This document shows, in pieces, positions 1 through 8,684 of a stretch of 41,112 nucleotides of DNA (the stretch's first letter is position 1; each line of letters opens with the position of its first letter). A model generated the notes under the pieces. That model saw only the letters and a program-made list of their open reading frames with translations, was not told where the DNA came from and made no database searches. The position numbers and the translations under genes are program-made. The DNA is taken from positions 1 through 41,112 of the forward strand of contig CAYODU010000003.1 in the NCBI GenBank assembly GCA_964402905.1, written 5' to 3'. The stretch is from an uncultured archaeon (lineage in GTDB: Archaea; Iainarchaeota; Iainarchaeia; Iainarchaeales; JAAZKV01).

Positions 1-2
1 AC

Positions 3-98
3 ATTCTTGGAGAACTTTCTGCGCGTCTTGAAAAAGAAAAATCTTTGAAAAGAAAAGTAATTTTAAAAGATGCAATTAATTTAATTAAAAAACTTTGA
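3..98 (+). CDS. possible 3' end of a CDS that starts upstream of the window (..ILGELSARLEKEKSLKRKVILKDAINLIKKL*)
   Basis: Frame 3 is open from the window edge to TGA at 96-98. No recognisable domain. Confidence 0.2.
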   Translation: MLGELSARLEKEKSLKRKVILKDAINLIKKL

Positions 99-105
99 AT
101 TTTAT

Positions 106-873
106 TTAAACAAAATCATTCTTTTGATATTTTTCTAGTAAGTATCTTGCGGCCTTCATTGTATCGGGTTTTGCGCCTTTAAGAAAAAACTTTTGTTTTT
201 GTGCTATTGCTTCAAGTAATTCTTCTTCATCTTTTTCTTTCCAATCTGCAATTCCCATTCTTTTAGCAATTTTTTCTAAGCCTATTTGGTGTATTACTTT
301 TACTGCAGTGCCTTCAATATCTTTTAACTGATTGGGGTTTTTTGAATTAACTAAAAACAAATCTATTTCAGAAGTTTTTTGTGGGATTATCCCGGGTGAA
401 TCGATTAGATATAATCCGTCACCAATTTTGATTCGCTGTAGTCCGCGCGTTAGCCCAGCTTTTCTTGATGTTGCTGCTCTTCCTTTGCCTTTACCTGCGA
501 GAGCATTTATCAAAGAGCTTTTTCCCGTGTTTGGATAACCAATTATTCCAATAATCAAATCGTTTTTTTTCTTTTTTGCAGCAATACTAATTTCTTTTCT
601 AATTATATTTATTCCATCTTTTTCTAGAGCCGAAATAAAAATTGTTTTGCACTTTGTTTCTCCTTCAATTTCATCTTTTTTATTTTCTGCGTCTTCTTTT
701 GTAATTAAATCAGCTTTGTTTATTACAAATAGTAATTGCTTATTTTTTTCGCGAATATTTTTTTCAAGAAAAAAGTTTCTTGTTTTTTCCGGCCAACGGG
801 CATCAAGTACCTCTATTATGAAATCGCTTTCATTTACTAGGTTATTTATGTGTTTTAAAAATCCTTTTGGCAT
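106..873 (-). CDS. circularly permuted GTPase (YlqF/YawG-like ribosome-biogenesis GTPase)
   Basis: G4 motif NKADL lies before G1 GYPNTGKSSLINAL and G3 DSPG, the permuted order typical of this family. ATG at 871-873. Confidence 0.8.
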   Translation of the reverse strand: MPKGFLKHINNLVNESDFIIEVLDARWPEKTRNFFLEKNIREKNKQLLFVINKADLITKEDAENKKDEIEGETKCKTIFISALEKDGINIIRKEISIAAKKKKNDLIIGIIGYPNTGKSSLINALAGKGKGRAATSRKAGLTRGLQRIKIGDGLYLIDSPGIIPQKTSEIDLFLVNSKNPNQLKDIEGTAVKVIHQIGLEKIAKRMGIADWKEKDEEELLEAIAQKQKFFLKGAKPDTMKAARYLLEKYQKNDFV

Positions 874-877
874 TTTT

Positions 878-1198
878 TCACCTTTTTGCTAAGTATTTCA
901 CATGTCTTACATTTGACATAATTTTTCGAGATTCATCAAAATGAATAATGGATTTGACATGTGCCTCATCCCATTTTTTTGTTCCGGGTGGGTGTCGGTT
1001 CAGTCGCGTTGCCCATCGTTTTCCTTCAATTTCTTCCCCATCGGCCATTGCTTTTCCAAGAGATATCATAGCTTGGTTTACTTGTGTTCTTTTTCCATTA
1101 GCAACTGCTCTTTCTAAATCAGCAATCAATTTTGCTTGCATTGCAAGATTTCTTCTTTTTTCTAATGCAAGTATGCTCAAGGTGCTTGTTCTTCTCAT
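878..1198 (-). CDS. hypothetical protein (106 aa)
   Basis: The track ORF 878..1285 overlaps pth2, so I trimmed it to the internal ATG at 1198 (MRRTSTL...). It is packed tightly between pth2 and the GTPase. No motif recognised. Confidence 0.5.
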   Translation of the reverse strand: MRRTSTLSILALEKRRNLAMQAKLIADLERAVANGKRTQVNQAMISLGKAMADGEEIEGKRWATRLNRHPPGTKKWDEAHVKSIIHFDESRKIMSNVRHVKYLAKR

Positions 1199-1224
1199 AT
1201 AGCTATCACTTGTGTTTCTATTTT

Positions 1225-1566
1225 TTAAAGTAACTTTAATTTTGAAAAATATTTTTTTCCATCTTGTTCTTTTACAGGTCCACATGCGAAAGCTGTTTTG
1301 CTTCCAGCACTTATTTGTGTTTTTCCGGCGTCAGTTATCAGCGCGCAGGGCAACTCTTTTTTTGCTTGCATAAATAAATCTAAAAGCTCTTGATCATCTT
1401 TTACTTTTAAAACTATTTTTTTCATGCCCATTGCTTTCCATTCATCAATAATTTCTTCATCAACTTTTTCAAGTACCGAAACACTTGCGTGGCTTGCTTG
1501 TGCAGCAATTTTTCCTTTTCCCATGCCAAGTGAAGAATTAACTATGATGTATTGTACTAGTTCCAT
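1225..1566 (-). CDS. pth: peptidyl-tRNA hydrolase, archaeal/eukaryotic Pth2 type
   Basis: 113 aa. GMGKGKIAAQASHASV and TDAGKTQI..GS.T resemble the Pth2 family. Confidence 0.85.
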   Translation of the reverse strand: MELVQYIIVNSSLGMGKGKIAAQASHASVSVLEKVDEEIIDEWKAMGMKKIVLKVKDDQELLDLFMQAKKELPCALITDAGKTQISAGSKTAFACGPVKEQDGKKYFSKLKLL

Positions 1567-1624
1567 AACAAAGTATTGGCTTAACTTCTTTTAAAATAAG
1601 TTGTTTTTAGTTTTTCTTGGCACT

Positions 1625-2062
1625 TCATTTAGATTGTTTCTTTTCTTTTTTTATTTTCTTTTTTTCGTAGTCTTTTATTGCTTCACGTAGGGCTTCATCT
1701 CCCAAAACGGAGCAGTGTATTTTTATTGCTGGGAGCCCTCCAAGTCTTTTTGTAATATCTTTACCGTTTATTTTGAGGGCATTTTCTATTTTCATACCGC
1801 CTTTTTCTGTTAACATTACTGAGAGCATGCTTGTGCTTGCGATAGCGCTTGCGCACCCAAATGTTTTCCATTTGCACTCCACAATTTTTTCGTTTTTAAC
1901 TTTTATCCACATCTCCATTATGTCTCCGCATTTCATATTTCCTACTCTTCCGTAACCATCGTATTTCTTTAATTTTTTTTCATCTGTTACAATATTTTTT
2001 GGATTGATAAAGTGTTCTTTGACTTTATCAGTATAAAACCAATCTTGCCCCTTAATTTTCAT
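1625..2062 (-). CDS. iscU: Fe-S cluster scaffold protein IscU/NifU-like
   Basis: The three scaffold Cys contexts are present (GNMKCGD, FGCASAIAS, IHCSVLG). It sits directly downstream of the cysteine desulfurase gene. Confidence 0.9.
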   Translation of the reverse strand: MKIKGQDWFYTDKVKEHFINPKNIVTDEKKLKKYDGYGRVGNMKCGDIMEMWIKVKNEKIVECKWKTFGCASAIASTSMLSVMLTEKGGMKIENALKINGKDITKRLGGLPAIKIHCSVLGDEALREAIKDYEKKKIKKEKKQSK

Positions 2063-2064
2063 CT

Positions 2065-3288
2065 TTATTCACTCCCCACAATTTCTTTTTTAAGATTATT
2101 TTTTTTCTGATCCCAAACGGGGCTTATTCTTCTTAAGTGCTTAACTATTTTTTTTAGTTCGTGCACAGTATAATCAACATCTTTTTTTGTAGTTGTCTTT
2201 CCCATGGAAAATCTTATACTCCCGTGTGCTATCTCGTGGGGTATTCCCATTGCGATTAGCACGTGGCTTGGCTCAAGTGATTGTGATGAACATGCTGAGC
2301 CAGTACTTGCCCTAATTCCTTTTTCATTTAGTAAAAGCAAAATTGATTCGCCTTCTATTCCAAAATAAGAAAAGTTTACATTATTTGGCAATCTTTCTTT
2401 TCTGGGTCCATTTAATTTTACTTTAACTATTTCTTTTTCTATTTTTGCAATAAAATAGTCTCTTAGTTTTGTTAGCCGCTCGCTTTCTTTTTTCTTTTCT
2501 TTTTCTGCAATTGTAATAGCTTTTGCTAGGGCAACTATTCCCGCAACATTTTCTGTGCCTGCTCTAAGGTGGCTTTCGTGTCCGCCGCCGTGAATGAGTG
2601 GCTCAATTTCAATATTTTTATTTTTGTATAGTGCTCCAGTTCCTTTGAAAGCATAAACTTTGCTTCCGTTTATTGTCATCAAGTCAACACCTAATTCCTT
2701 TACGTTCAAAGGCAGGTATTCTGTCCCTTGGCAGGCATCGGTGTGTAGTGGCACAGAATATTTTTTGCATATTTGAGATATTTTTTTTATGGGTTGTATT
2801 GCTCCGGTTTCATTATTGGCATACATTATTGTTACTAGCAAAGTATCTTTGTTTTCTTTTATTGATTTTTCAATTTCTTCGAGTTTAACAATTCCTTGAG
2901 AATCTACATCAATGTAACTCACAGTAAAACCAATTTTTTCCAACCAGTTCATTGAATGTAATACCGCGTCGTGCTCTGTTTTTTGTGTTATAAAGTGCCC
3001 GCGTTTTCCTTTAAGTATTTCGTGGAAAGCTATTCCTTTTATTGCAAGGTTAATGCTTTCTGTTCCGGAACCAGTAAAAATTATTTCTTCTTTTTCACAA
3101 CCAATTATTTTAGCAATTTTTTTTCTTGCAGTATTCATTGCATTTTTTGATTCTAGCCCTGTTGAATGGAAACTGCTTGGATTGCCATATTTTTTTGAGA
3201 AAAAAGGCATTGCTTCAAGTAAAACTTCTTTTCTTACGGGAGTAGTTGCACTGTTATCAAAATAAATAATTCTTTTTTTCTTTTGCAT
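2065..3288 (-). CDS. iscS: cysteine desulfurase (NifS/IscS class V aminotransferase)
   Basis: YFDNSATTP N-terminus, PLP-region SGTESIN..HTDA, and C-terminal active-site loop STGSACSS. I chose the start at ATG 3288 (MQKKKR), which follows a G-rich SD-like run; the track start 3303 is TTG. Confidence 0.9.
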   Translation of the reverse strand: MQKKKRIIYFDNSATTPVRKEVLLEAMPFFSKKYGNPSSFHSTGLESKNAMNTARKKIAKIIGCEKEEIIFTGSGTESINLAIKGIAFHEILKGKRGHFITQKTEHDAVLHSMNWLEKIGFTVSYIDVDSQGIVKLEEIEKSIKENKDTLLVTIMYANNETGAIQPIKKISQICKKYSVPLHTDACQGTEYLPLNVKELGVDLMTINGSKVYAFKGTGALYKNKNIEIEPLIHGGGHESHLRAGTENVAGIVALAKAITIAEKEKKKESERLTKLRDYFIAKIEKEIVKVKLNGPRKERLPNNVNFSYFGIEGESILLLLNEKGIRASTGSACSSQSLEPSHVLIAMGIPHEIAHGSIRFSMGKTTTKKDVDYTVHELKKIVKHLRRISPVWDQKKNNLKKEIVGSE

Positions 3289-3320
3289 TTGCTTTCCCCC
3301 CAATATTCATTATAGCTATT

Positions 3321-3641
3321 CTAACAGATTTTGTCTCTTAAACAATTTTTTCTCACATGTTCTTCAATTAGTTCAAAAATTGGTTTATCTCCTTTTTTGA
3401 ATATATTGCTTTGGAGATAGTACTCTCTTTCTTTTCCTTTTTTTCTGTAATCTACAAAACGGCATTTTCTTAGTTGTTGGAGTGAGTGGCTTACTGCGCT
3501 TTGTTCTCTGTTTAGCTTTTCACATATCTCTTGTACTGTAAGGGGTTTTTGTTTTAGCAATTCAATTATTTTTACTCTTAGTTCGTTGCCCAGAACATTT
3601 AGGCATTTGTATGGCGATTCAAGTCCGATAGTAGTTTTCAT
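3321..3641 (-). CDS. ArsR/SmtB-family winged-HTH transcriptional regulator
   Basis: 106 aa. The stretch LGNELRVKIIELLKQKPLTVQEICEKLNREQSAVSHSLQQLRK is typical of an ArsR HTH. First gene of the nifS-iscU string. Confidence 0.75.
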   Translation of the reverse strand: MKTTIGLESPYKCLNVLGNELRVKIIELLKQKPLTVQEICEKLNREQSAVSHSLQQLRKCRFVDYRKKGKEREYYLQSNIFKKGDKPIFELIEEHVRKNCLRDKIC

Positions 3642-3726
3642 ATGAATATTACTTCATATAAGCTTTTTAATGCTTTCTAATACAAAAATACGTGTTAATT
3701 TTATTGTGCGAAATAGTTCTATTTTT

Positions 3727-4191
3727 TTAAAGAGTTTCTGAACTAGTTTTATTTTCTTCATTGTTTTCAGAAAGAGAGTTTTCTTCAGCAGCAATAACTA
3801 ATGAATCAGCTTCTTCGTTTAATTGTTCTTCAGCTTCGTTATTTTCCTCAGCCTTAGCGATTTCTTTTCCACCATTACCTTTGAATGTAATGGTTTTTGT
3901 TATCCCGTCTTCTCCCCAAAGATATGTCATTGAAACAGGTGTGTCTTTAATCAAAGTAATTTTGTAGTTTCCAGGGTTTCCAGTTTTCAGCGTAAACAAC
4001 TTTGAGTAGGTAATGGTTGCGCTACCATTGCCCAGTTTAACTAGTTGATAAATGTTTGAATCATTCCCATTTCCAATTATTCTATCAAAGCCCTCTCCTT
4101 CTTCCACTTCAAAAACATCATCAGTAATGTCCTTAGTAAAAGGAGGCTTCCATTTAGACTTAATACTTCTAACTTCAAAAACTGCTTTCAT
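3727..4191 (-). CDS. hypothetical protein with acidic Glu/Asn-rich C-terminal tail
   Basis: Long ORF divergent from nurA, with ATG at 4191 (GTG at 4200 is an alternative). No domain recognised. Confidence 0.5.
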   Translation of the reverse strand: MKAVFEVRSIKSKWKPPFTKDITDDVFEVEEGEGFDRIIGNGNDSNIYQLVKLGNGSATITYSKLFTLKTGNPGNYKITLIKDTPVSMTYLWGEDGITKTITFKGNGGKEIAKAEENNEAEEQLNEEADSLVIAAEENSLSENNEENKTSSETL

Positions 4192-4276
4192 TTGGCTCAC
4201 TTTCCACTAGATAGAATGGATGTTTTCTTTAAAAATGTTTCTTGTTTTTGCTTTTTTTGAATCTAAAAGATTGTTT

Positions 4277-4294
4277 GTTCGGCACAGGACCAAG
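4277..4294 (+). promoter_or_regulatory. GTTCGGCAC box (GTTCGGCACAGGACCAAG) upstream of nurA
   Basis: A G+C-rich 9-mer in AT-rich spacer, shared with the herA and rad50 upstream regions. A TATA-like TTTTATAT lies about 15 nt downstream (4302-4309). Confidence 0.55.
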
Positions 4295-4331
4295 AATATT
4301 CTTTTATATGCAACTAAACTCACCTTATTTC

Positions 4332-5408
4332 ATGTATTTTGACAACTTTCTTGATAGTGTTTTTGCCACAGTTTCACAAAAACACTCTTTTCATGAAAGT
4401 ATTACAAAAGAGCTTCTTCCAATAAAATCAGTTTTGTCCCAAAATGGCACTGAAAAAATAGTCGTTTCAGTAAATAAAAGAGTTTTTTCTGGAATAATTG
4501 CCGGCGTTGATTCGGGTTTTGTTTCAAAGAGACTTTCATTTATTGATATTGTATTAATTCGTGTTGCCGGAGCGATTTTTAATTATGAAAATAATATTCT
4601 TGGAAAAGCAGAGTACTATCCAAATGCTTTTTCTTTGCCCGAACCGATTCTACTAAAAGCCGCTCTGGAAAAAGATGAGGAACAGCAAAGTGTTTCTCTT
4701 GAACGCTTGAAAAAAGAAGTGTGTAATTCAATTGAAATAATAGAAAAATTTAAACCCAAATATCTTTTTATTGATGGTTCAATTGTTCCCCAGTACCAGG
4801 ACAAACCTCGTTCTGATTCAGTAATAAATAATGATTATAATTCAGTAGTTGTTTTATTTCAAAAGATGTATTCTCTTGCAGAAAAAAATTCTTGTACTCT
4901 AATTTCTTGTGTCGAAGATTCAAGAGGGACCCGTTTTATTCAATTATTAAGAGAAAAAATTCTTTCTAAAGGGGAAAATCAAAAATCAGAAAAGTTAAAG
5001 GGTTCAATTGATGCGGCTTTCCTTGATTATTTTTTACTTCCAAAAGAAAGAACTTTTTGTTTTCCATATACTTCAAGCACAATAACGCACCCAATTTTGA
5101 AAGATTATGAAAAAAGGTGGGCTGAAAACATTTTTGTTTTTTATTTAAAAGTTTCAGAATTTGATAAGCCCCTAAGAGTAGAATTTATTTCTGGTGCGGG
5201 TAATTTACATGAAAAAGCTGATGAGATAGCTTCAATTGTTTTTTCTCTCTCTTCTTTACACAAAGAATATTCTTATCCAAGTGTTTTGATTGAAGCGGAT
5301 TTGCGTGCTCGCTTAAATGAAGATGATATAAGTATTGTTTATGATAAACTCATTGACAAGCTTGGGCCAAAAATGAGATTGCGAAGAAACTCTCGTCCCT
5401 TTAAATAG
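4332..5408 (+). CDS. nurA: NurA-like 5'-3' nuclease (HerA partner)
   Basis: Contains GVDSGF and FIDGSIVPQ, resembling the NurA acidic catalytic motifs, and herA lies nearby. Start is uncertain: ATG 4332 sits about 25 nt after the TATA-like element, while ATG 4308 and TTG 4242 are also in frame. Confidence 0.6.
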   Translation: MYFDNFLDSVFATVSQKHSFHESITKELLPIKSVLSQNGTEKIVVSVNKRVFSGIIAGVDSGFVSKRLSFIDIVLIRVAGAIFNYENNILGKAEYYPNAFSLPEPILLKAALEKDEEQQSVSLERLKKEVCNSIEIIEKFKPKYLFIDGSIVPQYQDKPRSDSVINNDYNSVVVLFQKMYSLAEKNSCTLISCVEDSRGTRFIQLLREKILSKGENQKSEKLKGSIDAAFLDYFLLPKERTFCFPYTSSTITHPILKDYEKRWAENIFVFYLKVSEFDKPLRVEFISGAGNLHEKADEIASIVFSLSSLHKEYSYPSVLIEADLRARLNEDDISIVYDKLIDKLGPKMRLRRNSRPFK

Positions 5409-5466
5409 CTCTATTAAATTCAAATTCATGCGAAGGTTTAAGTTTAATTAATGCGCATATTTTTCT

Positions 5467-6138
5467 ATGATTAAAGTAATTGTTTTTGATTTGTGGAGAA
5501 CACTTATCCCAGCGACCATAGATTTTGTGCACCTTATTTCTTTATTAAAAAAAGAGGGTATTGAAAAAGAAGATTTTATCGAACGCTATGAAAAAGCAAC
5601 TCAACTAAAAAAATATAAAAATTTTGAGGAACTTAGAAAAGATTTTTTTAGTGCTTTCAAAGAAGAATCAAATAGTGATTTGGAACAAGAGCTGTACGAA
5701 ATCTACTCAAACCGCTTTGATAAGATACACTTTTTTTCTGATGTAATTTCTGTTCTGGAAAAATTAAAAAAACAAAAGTACAAAATTGCATTGCTTTCAA
5801 ACACAGAAAGCCTTATGGCAAAAGAAATAGAAAAAAAGCTTAAATTCAAAAATTATTTTGACTATTTAGCATATAGTTTTGAAATAGGTTTTATTAAACC
5901 CGATAAAAGAGCGTTTTCTGTTATTGTAAAAAAATTCAAAGTAAAACCAAAAGAAGTTTTAATGGTTGGGGATTCTCTAAGGTGTGATGTTGCTGGGGCA
6001 ATAACTGTTGGGTTTAATAGTTGTCTAATCAATCGCACGGGCACTGTACTTGATTATGCTGATGTTAAACCAGATTTTGAAATTAAATCCTTAAAAGAAA
6101 TCTTTGAAATTTTGGGTGTGTTAAATGCAAAATCCTAA
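5467..6138 (+). CDS. HAD-superfamily hydrolase
   Basis: Motif I VIVFDLWRTL (DxWxT variant lacking the second Asp), motif II LLSNT, motif III/IV K...VGDSLRCD. Confidence 0.7.
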   Translation: MIKVIVFDLWRTLIPATIDFVHLISLLKKEGIEKEDFIERYEKATQLKKYKNFEELRKDFFSAFKEESNSDLEQELYEIYSNRFDKIHFFSDVISVLEKLKKQKYKIALLSNTESLMAKEIEKKLKFKNYFDYLAYSFEIGFIKPDKRAFSVIVKKFKVKPKEVLMVGDSLRCDVAGAITVGFNSCLINRTGTVLDYADVKPDFEIKSLKEIFEILGVLNAKS

Positions 6139-6298
6139 AGAAGAAATGATTGATGTCAGAAAAAGTAGCGAGGCACTTTTGGCTAAGTCAAAACAAGCTT
6201 TGTTTAATGGCATTACTTTGAAAAGAGCTCTTGACAGAATTTTGTGTAGAAAACAAAGAGAAGCCCGTCTTAAAAGAATTCCTTTTCCCAAGAAGTAA
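6125..6298 (+). CDS. small basic hypothetical protein (57 aa), not in the ORF track
   Basis: My translation is MQNPKEEMIDVRKSSEALLAKSKQALFNGITLKRALDRILCRKQREARLKRIPFPKK*. Its ATG overlaps the last 14 nt of the HAD gene, and it fills an otherwise empty 165-nt gap. Confidence 0.3.
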   Translation: MQNPKEEMIDVRKSSEALLAKSKQALFNGITLKRALDRILCRKQREARLKRIPFPKK

Positions 6299-6303
6299 TT
6301 TTT

Positions 6304-7035
6304 ATGGATTTTAAAAATATTTCTAGTAAAAATAAATTTTTGCGCATTCAGTTAATTGATTTTTTTCGCGGTTTAGCTCTTTGTGCAATGTTTATTTTCC
6401 ACTTTTTTTGGAACTTGAATTATTTTGGAATAATTTCTGTGAGTTTGTATTCCGGCTTTTTCGGTTTGTTTCAAAAATCAATTCTTTTTTCTTTCATCTT
6501 TATTTCAGGAATATCTTTTTTTCTTTTCATTCAAAAAAATGGTTTTTCAAAAAAACTTTTAAATCACTTAACTATGTTGTTTGTAGCTTCTCTTGGAATA
6601 ACTATTTTTACTTTTTTGTTATTCCCGAGCCGATTCATTTATTTTGGTGTTATCCACCTGATTATTTTTTCTTGGATTGCCGGAATTGTTTTTGTTAGGT
6701 TCCCTAAAATATCTTTGTGCTCGGGCGTATTTGTTATCTTTGTATCTTTGTTTTTTAACTTACCAAGAATTAGCGCAGGCATATTTTTCTGGCTTGGTTT
6801 TGGTTCTCCTTTACCAGCCCTTGATTTTGTTCCTGTTATTCCCTGGTTTGGTGTTTTTTTAATTGGATTATTTTTTGGAAAATTAGTAATGAAAAATAAA
6901 GCCTTTTTGTCAAAAGTAGTTCTTCCAAAAAAGCTTTCTTTTATTTCAAGTATTGGAAAAAAATCCCTGTTTTTTTATTTGGGCCACCAATTTGTTCTTT
7001 TTCCTTTAGCTTTCTTAATTTATTTCTTTTTTTAG
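6304..7035 (+). CDS. polytopic membrane protein, DUF1624 / heparan-glucosaminide N-acetyltransferase-like
   Basis: N-terminal IQLIDFFRGLALCAMFIFHF resembles the DUF1624 signature. Several hydrophobic helices follow. Confidence 0.55.
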   Translation: MDFKNISSKNKFLRIQLIDFFRGLALCAMFIFHFFWNLNYFGIISVSLYSGFFGLFQKSILFSFIFISGISFFLFIQKNGFSKKLLNHLTMLFVASLGITIFTFLLFPSRFIYFGVIHLIIFSWIAGIVFVRFPKISLCSGVFVIFVSLFFNLPRISAGIFFWLGFGSPLPALDFVPVIPWFGVFLIGLFFGKLVMKNKAFLSKVVLPKKLSFISSIGKKSLFFYLGHQFVLFPLAFLIYFFF

Positions 7036-7052
7036 TTCGGCACGGTACTAAG
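7035..7052 (+). promoter_or_regulatory. GTTCGGCAC box (GTTCGGCACGGTACTAAG) upstream of herA
   Basis: Same 9-mer as at nurA and rad50. A TATA-like TTATTTAAAA (7057-7066) follows, and the herA ATG is at 7097. Confidence 0.55.
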
Positions 7053-7096
7053 TAATTATTTAAAAGCAACTTAACACTTTTTTGTTATTGATATTT

Positions 7097-8617
7097 ATGC
7101 CTGAATTAAATGAGCAGTTAGGAACAGTTGTTTCTACTATGGAAGGGCCTTCTCCAAGTAGAGTAGATTTTGTTGTTAATAATGGAAAAGCTCACAAAGG
7201 AATGTTTGTCGAATTAGAGTATAGCGAAGGCACCATGATTTGCATGGTGGAAGAACTGGTTAAAACAAATCGTTATTTTGAGAGGCCTGATTCAGTAAAA
7301 GCGATTGGCCCAGAGCTTGAAAAAAATTTTCCAATTGCAGATTGGGAATTCCTTTTGGGAAAAGCAAAACCCCTTGGGGTATTTCAAAACAATCGGGTTC
7401 TTCGTTCAACTTTTCCTCCTTCTCCGGGAACAAAAGTTTTTATTGCAAAAAAAGAGCATATAAAAAAGTTTTTGGGTTTAGAAGAAAAGGGACTTGATAT
7501 TGGTGAAATACAATTCCATGAAATTCCACTTAAGTTAAATCTTTCAAAACTATTACAAAAGCACTTGGCAGTTCTTGCAATGAGCGGAGCCGGGAAATCA
7601 TATTTTATTAGTGTTCTAATAGAAGAAATTCTTTCGCGCACAAAAGAACAAGGACAAATAGCTTTAGTTGTTTTTGATACTCACGGGGAGTACACTTGTT
7701 TTGGCGAATCAGCAAAAGAAGGTTTTATGGATTTTTCTTCTAAAACAAGAATAGTTGATGCTAACAAAATAAAAATTGCTTTATCAAATGTTTCTCCAAC
7801 ACTAATTTTTTCTTTGGCTTCTTCTCTAACCCCGGTGCAAAAAAGAGAGTTTGTTAAAATCATTTCAAAATTAAAATCCGAAATGAAATCTGGTGTTGGT
7901 CCATTTGATCTTAACTCTGTGAGAGCAGAAGCGGCTGAGCTCGAACCAAAAACAAGTGCTTCAATAATAAGTGCGGTTGATGAATTAGAACAATTGAATT
8001 TGTTTTCAAAAGTTGATTCGCCAAGTATTTTTGATTTAGTTGTACCTGGGCATTTAGTTGCAATAGATTTGAATGGAATTATTTCAGATAAAAAAAAGCA
8101 GTTAATAGTAGCTTATTTTTCAAATAAATTATTTAATGCGCGTCGCCAGAAAAAAATTGCCCCATTTGCATTGCTTTTAGAAGAAGCCCACAATTTTATT
8201 CCCGAATCAACTGCTGCAGACCATGCTTTAGCCAGAAGTACTTTGCGGACAATTGCAAGAGAGGGAAGAAAATTTGGTTCTGCTTTAATAGTTGTTTCTC
8301 AGCGCCCAAAGCGCCTTGACACTACAACCCTTGCTAATTGCAACACAAACATTATTTTGCGTATAACCAATCCATATGATTTGGATCACATAAAACAGAG
8401 TAGTGAGGGGCTTGATGCGGGAAGTATTAATATGATTTCTTCGCTAAGAGTTGGAGAAGCCCTTGTTGTGGGAGAAGCTGTTAGTGCCCCAACTTTTTTC
8501 AAAGTGCGTTTACGTAAATCCCAGCCAAGTAGACACGAAACAACTCTTGAAGAATCTGCAAAAAGGTTCCAATTAGATGTCATAAAAAAAGATGAAGAAA
8601 CAAATGCTTTTTTATAA
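7097..8617 (+). CDS. herA: HerA-type hexameric DNA helicase/translocase (FtsK-HerA superfamily)
   Basis: Walker A LAMSGAGKSY, Walker B LLLEEAHNFIP, and VSQRPKRLD..ILRITNPYD. The N-terminal beta-barrel-like region starts MPELNEQLGTVV. Confidence 0.85.
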   Translation: MPELNEQLGTVVSTMEGPSPSRVDFVVNNGKAHKGMFVELEYSEGTMICMVEELVKTNRYFERPDSVKAIGPELEKNFPIADWEFLLGKAKPLGVFQNNRVLRSTFPPSPGTKVFIAKKEHIKKFLGLEEKGLDIGEIQFHEIPLKLNLSKLLQKHLAVLAMSGAGKSYFISVLIEEILSRTKEQGQIALVVFDTHGEYTCFGESAKEGFMDFSSKTRIVDANKIKIALSNVSPTLIFSLASSLTPVQKREFVKIISKLKSEMKSGVGPFDLNSVRAEAAELEPKTSASIISAVDELEQLNLFSKVDSPSIFDLVVPGHLVAIDLNGIISDKKKQLIVAYFSNKLFNARRQKKIAPFALLLEEAHNFIPESTAADHALARSTLRTIAREGRKFGSALIVVSQRPKRLDTTTLANCNTNIILRITNPYDLDHIKQSSEGLDAGSINMISSLRVGEALVVGEAVSAPTFFKVRLRKSQPSRHETTLEESAKRFQLDVIKKDEETNAFL

Positions 8618-8630
8618 AATTTATTTCACC

Positions 8631-8649
8631 ACCGGCACGGTAGTCTAAG
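8631..8649 (+). promoter_or_regulatory. variant box (ACCGGCACGGTAGTCTAAG) upstream of the polB-like gene
   Basis: Shares CGGCACGGTA..CTAAG with the herA box. TATA-like TTTATAAA lies at 8655-8662 and the ATG at 8685. Confidence 0.5.
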
Positions 8650-8684
8650 TTTGTTTATAAATTACCAAAACTTCAATTTAGTTC

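Noticed and set aside
878-1285. Long version of the 135-aa ORF, and the TTG-started versions of nurA (4242), herA (7082), rad50 (12794), JAMM (25943) and others.
   Set aside because: The N-terminal extensions overlap neighbouring genes or promoter elements and add non-conserved residues. Internal ATG codons with better context were chosen, though the exact starts remain uncertain.
2283-2297. C box / D' box-like GTGATGA ... CTGA on the plus strand.
   Set aside because: It lies inside, and antisense to, the cysteine desulfurase coding sequence. No matching C'/D boxes or terminal stem were seen, so it is most likely chance.
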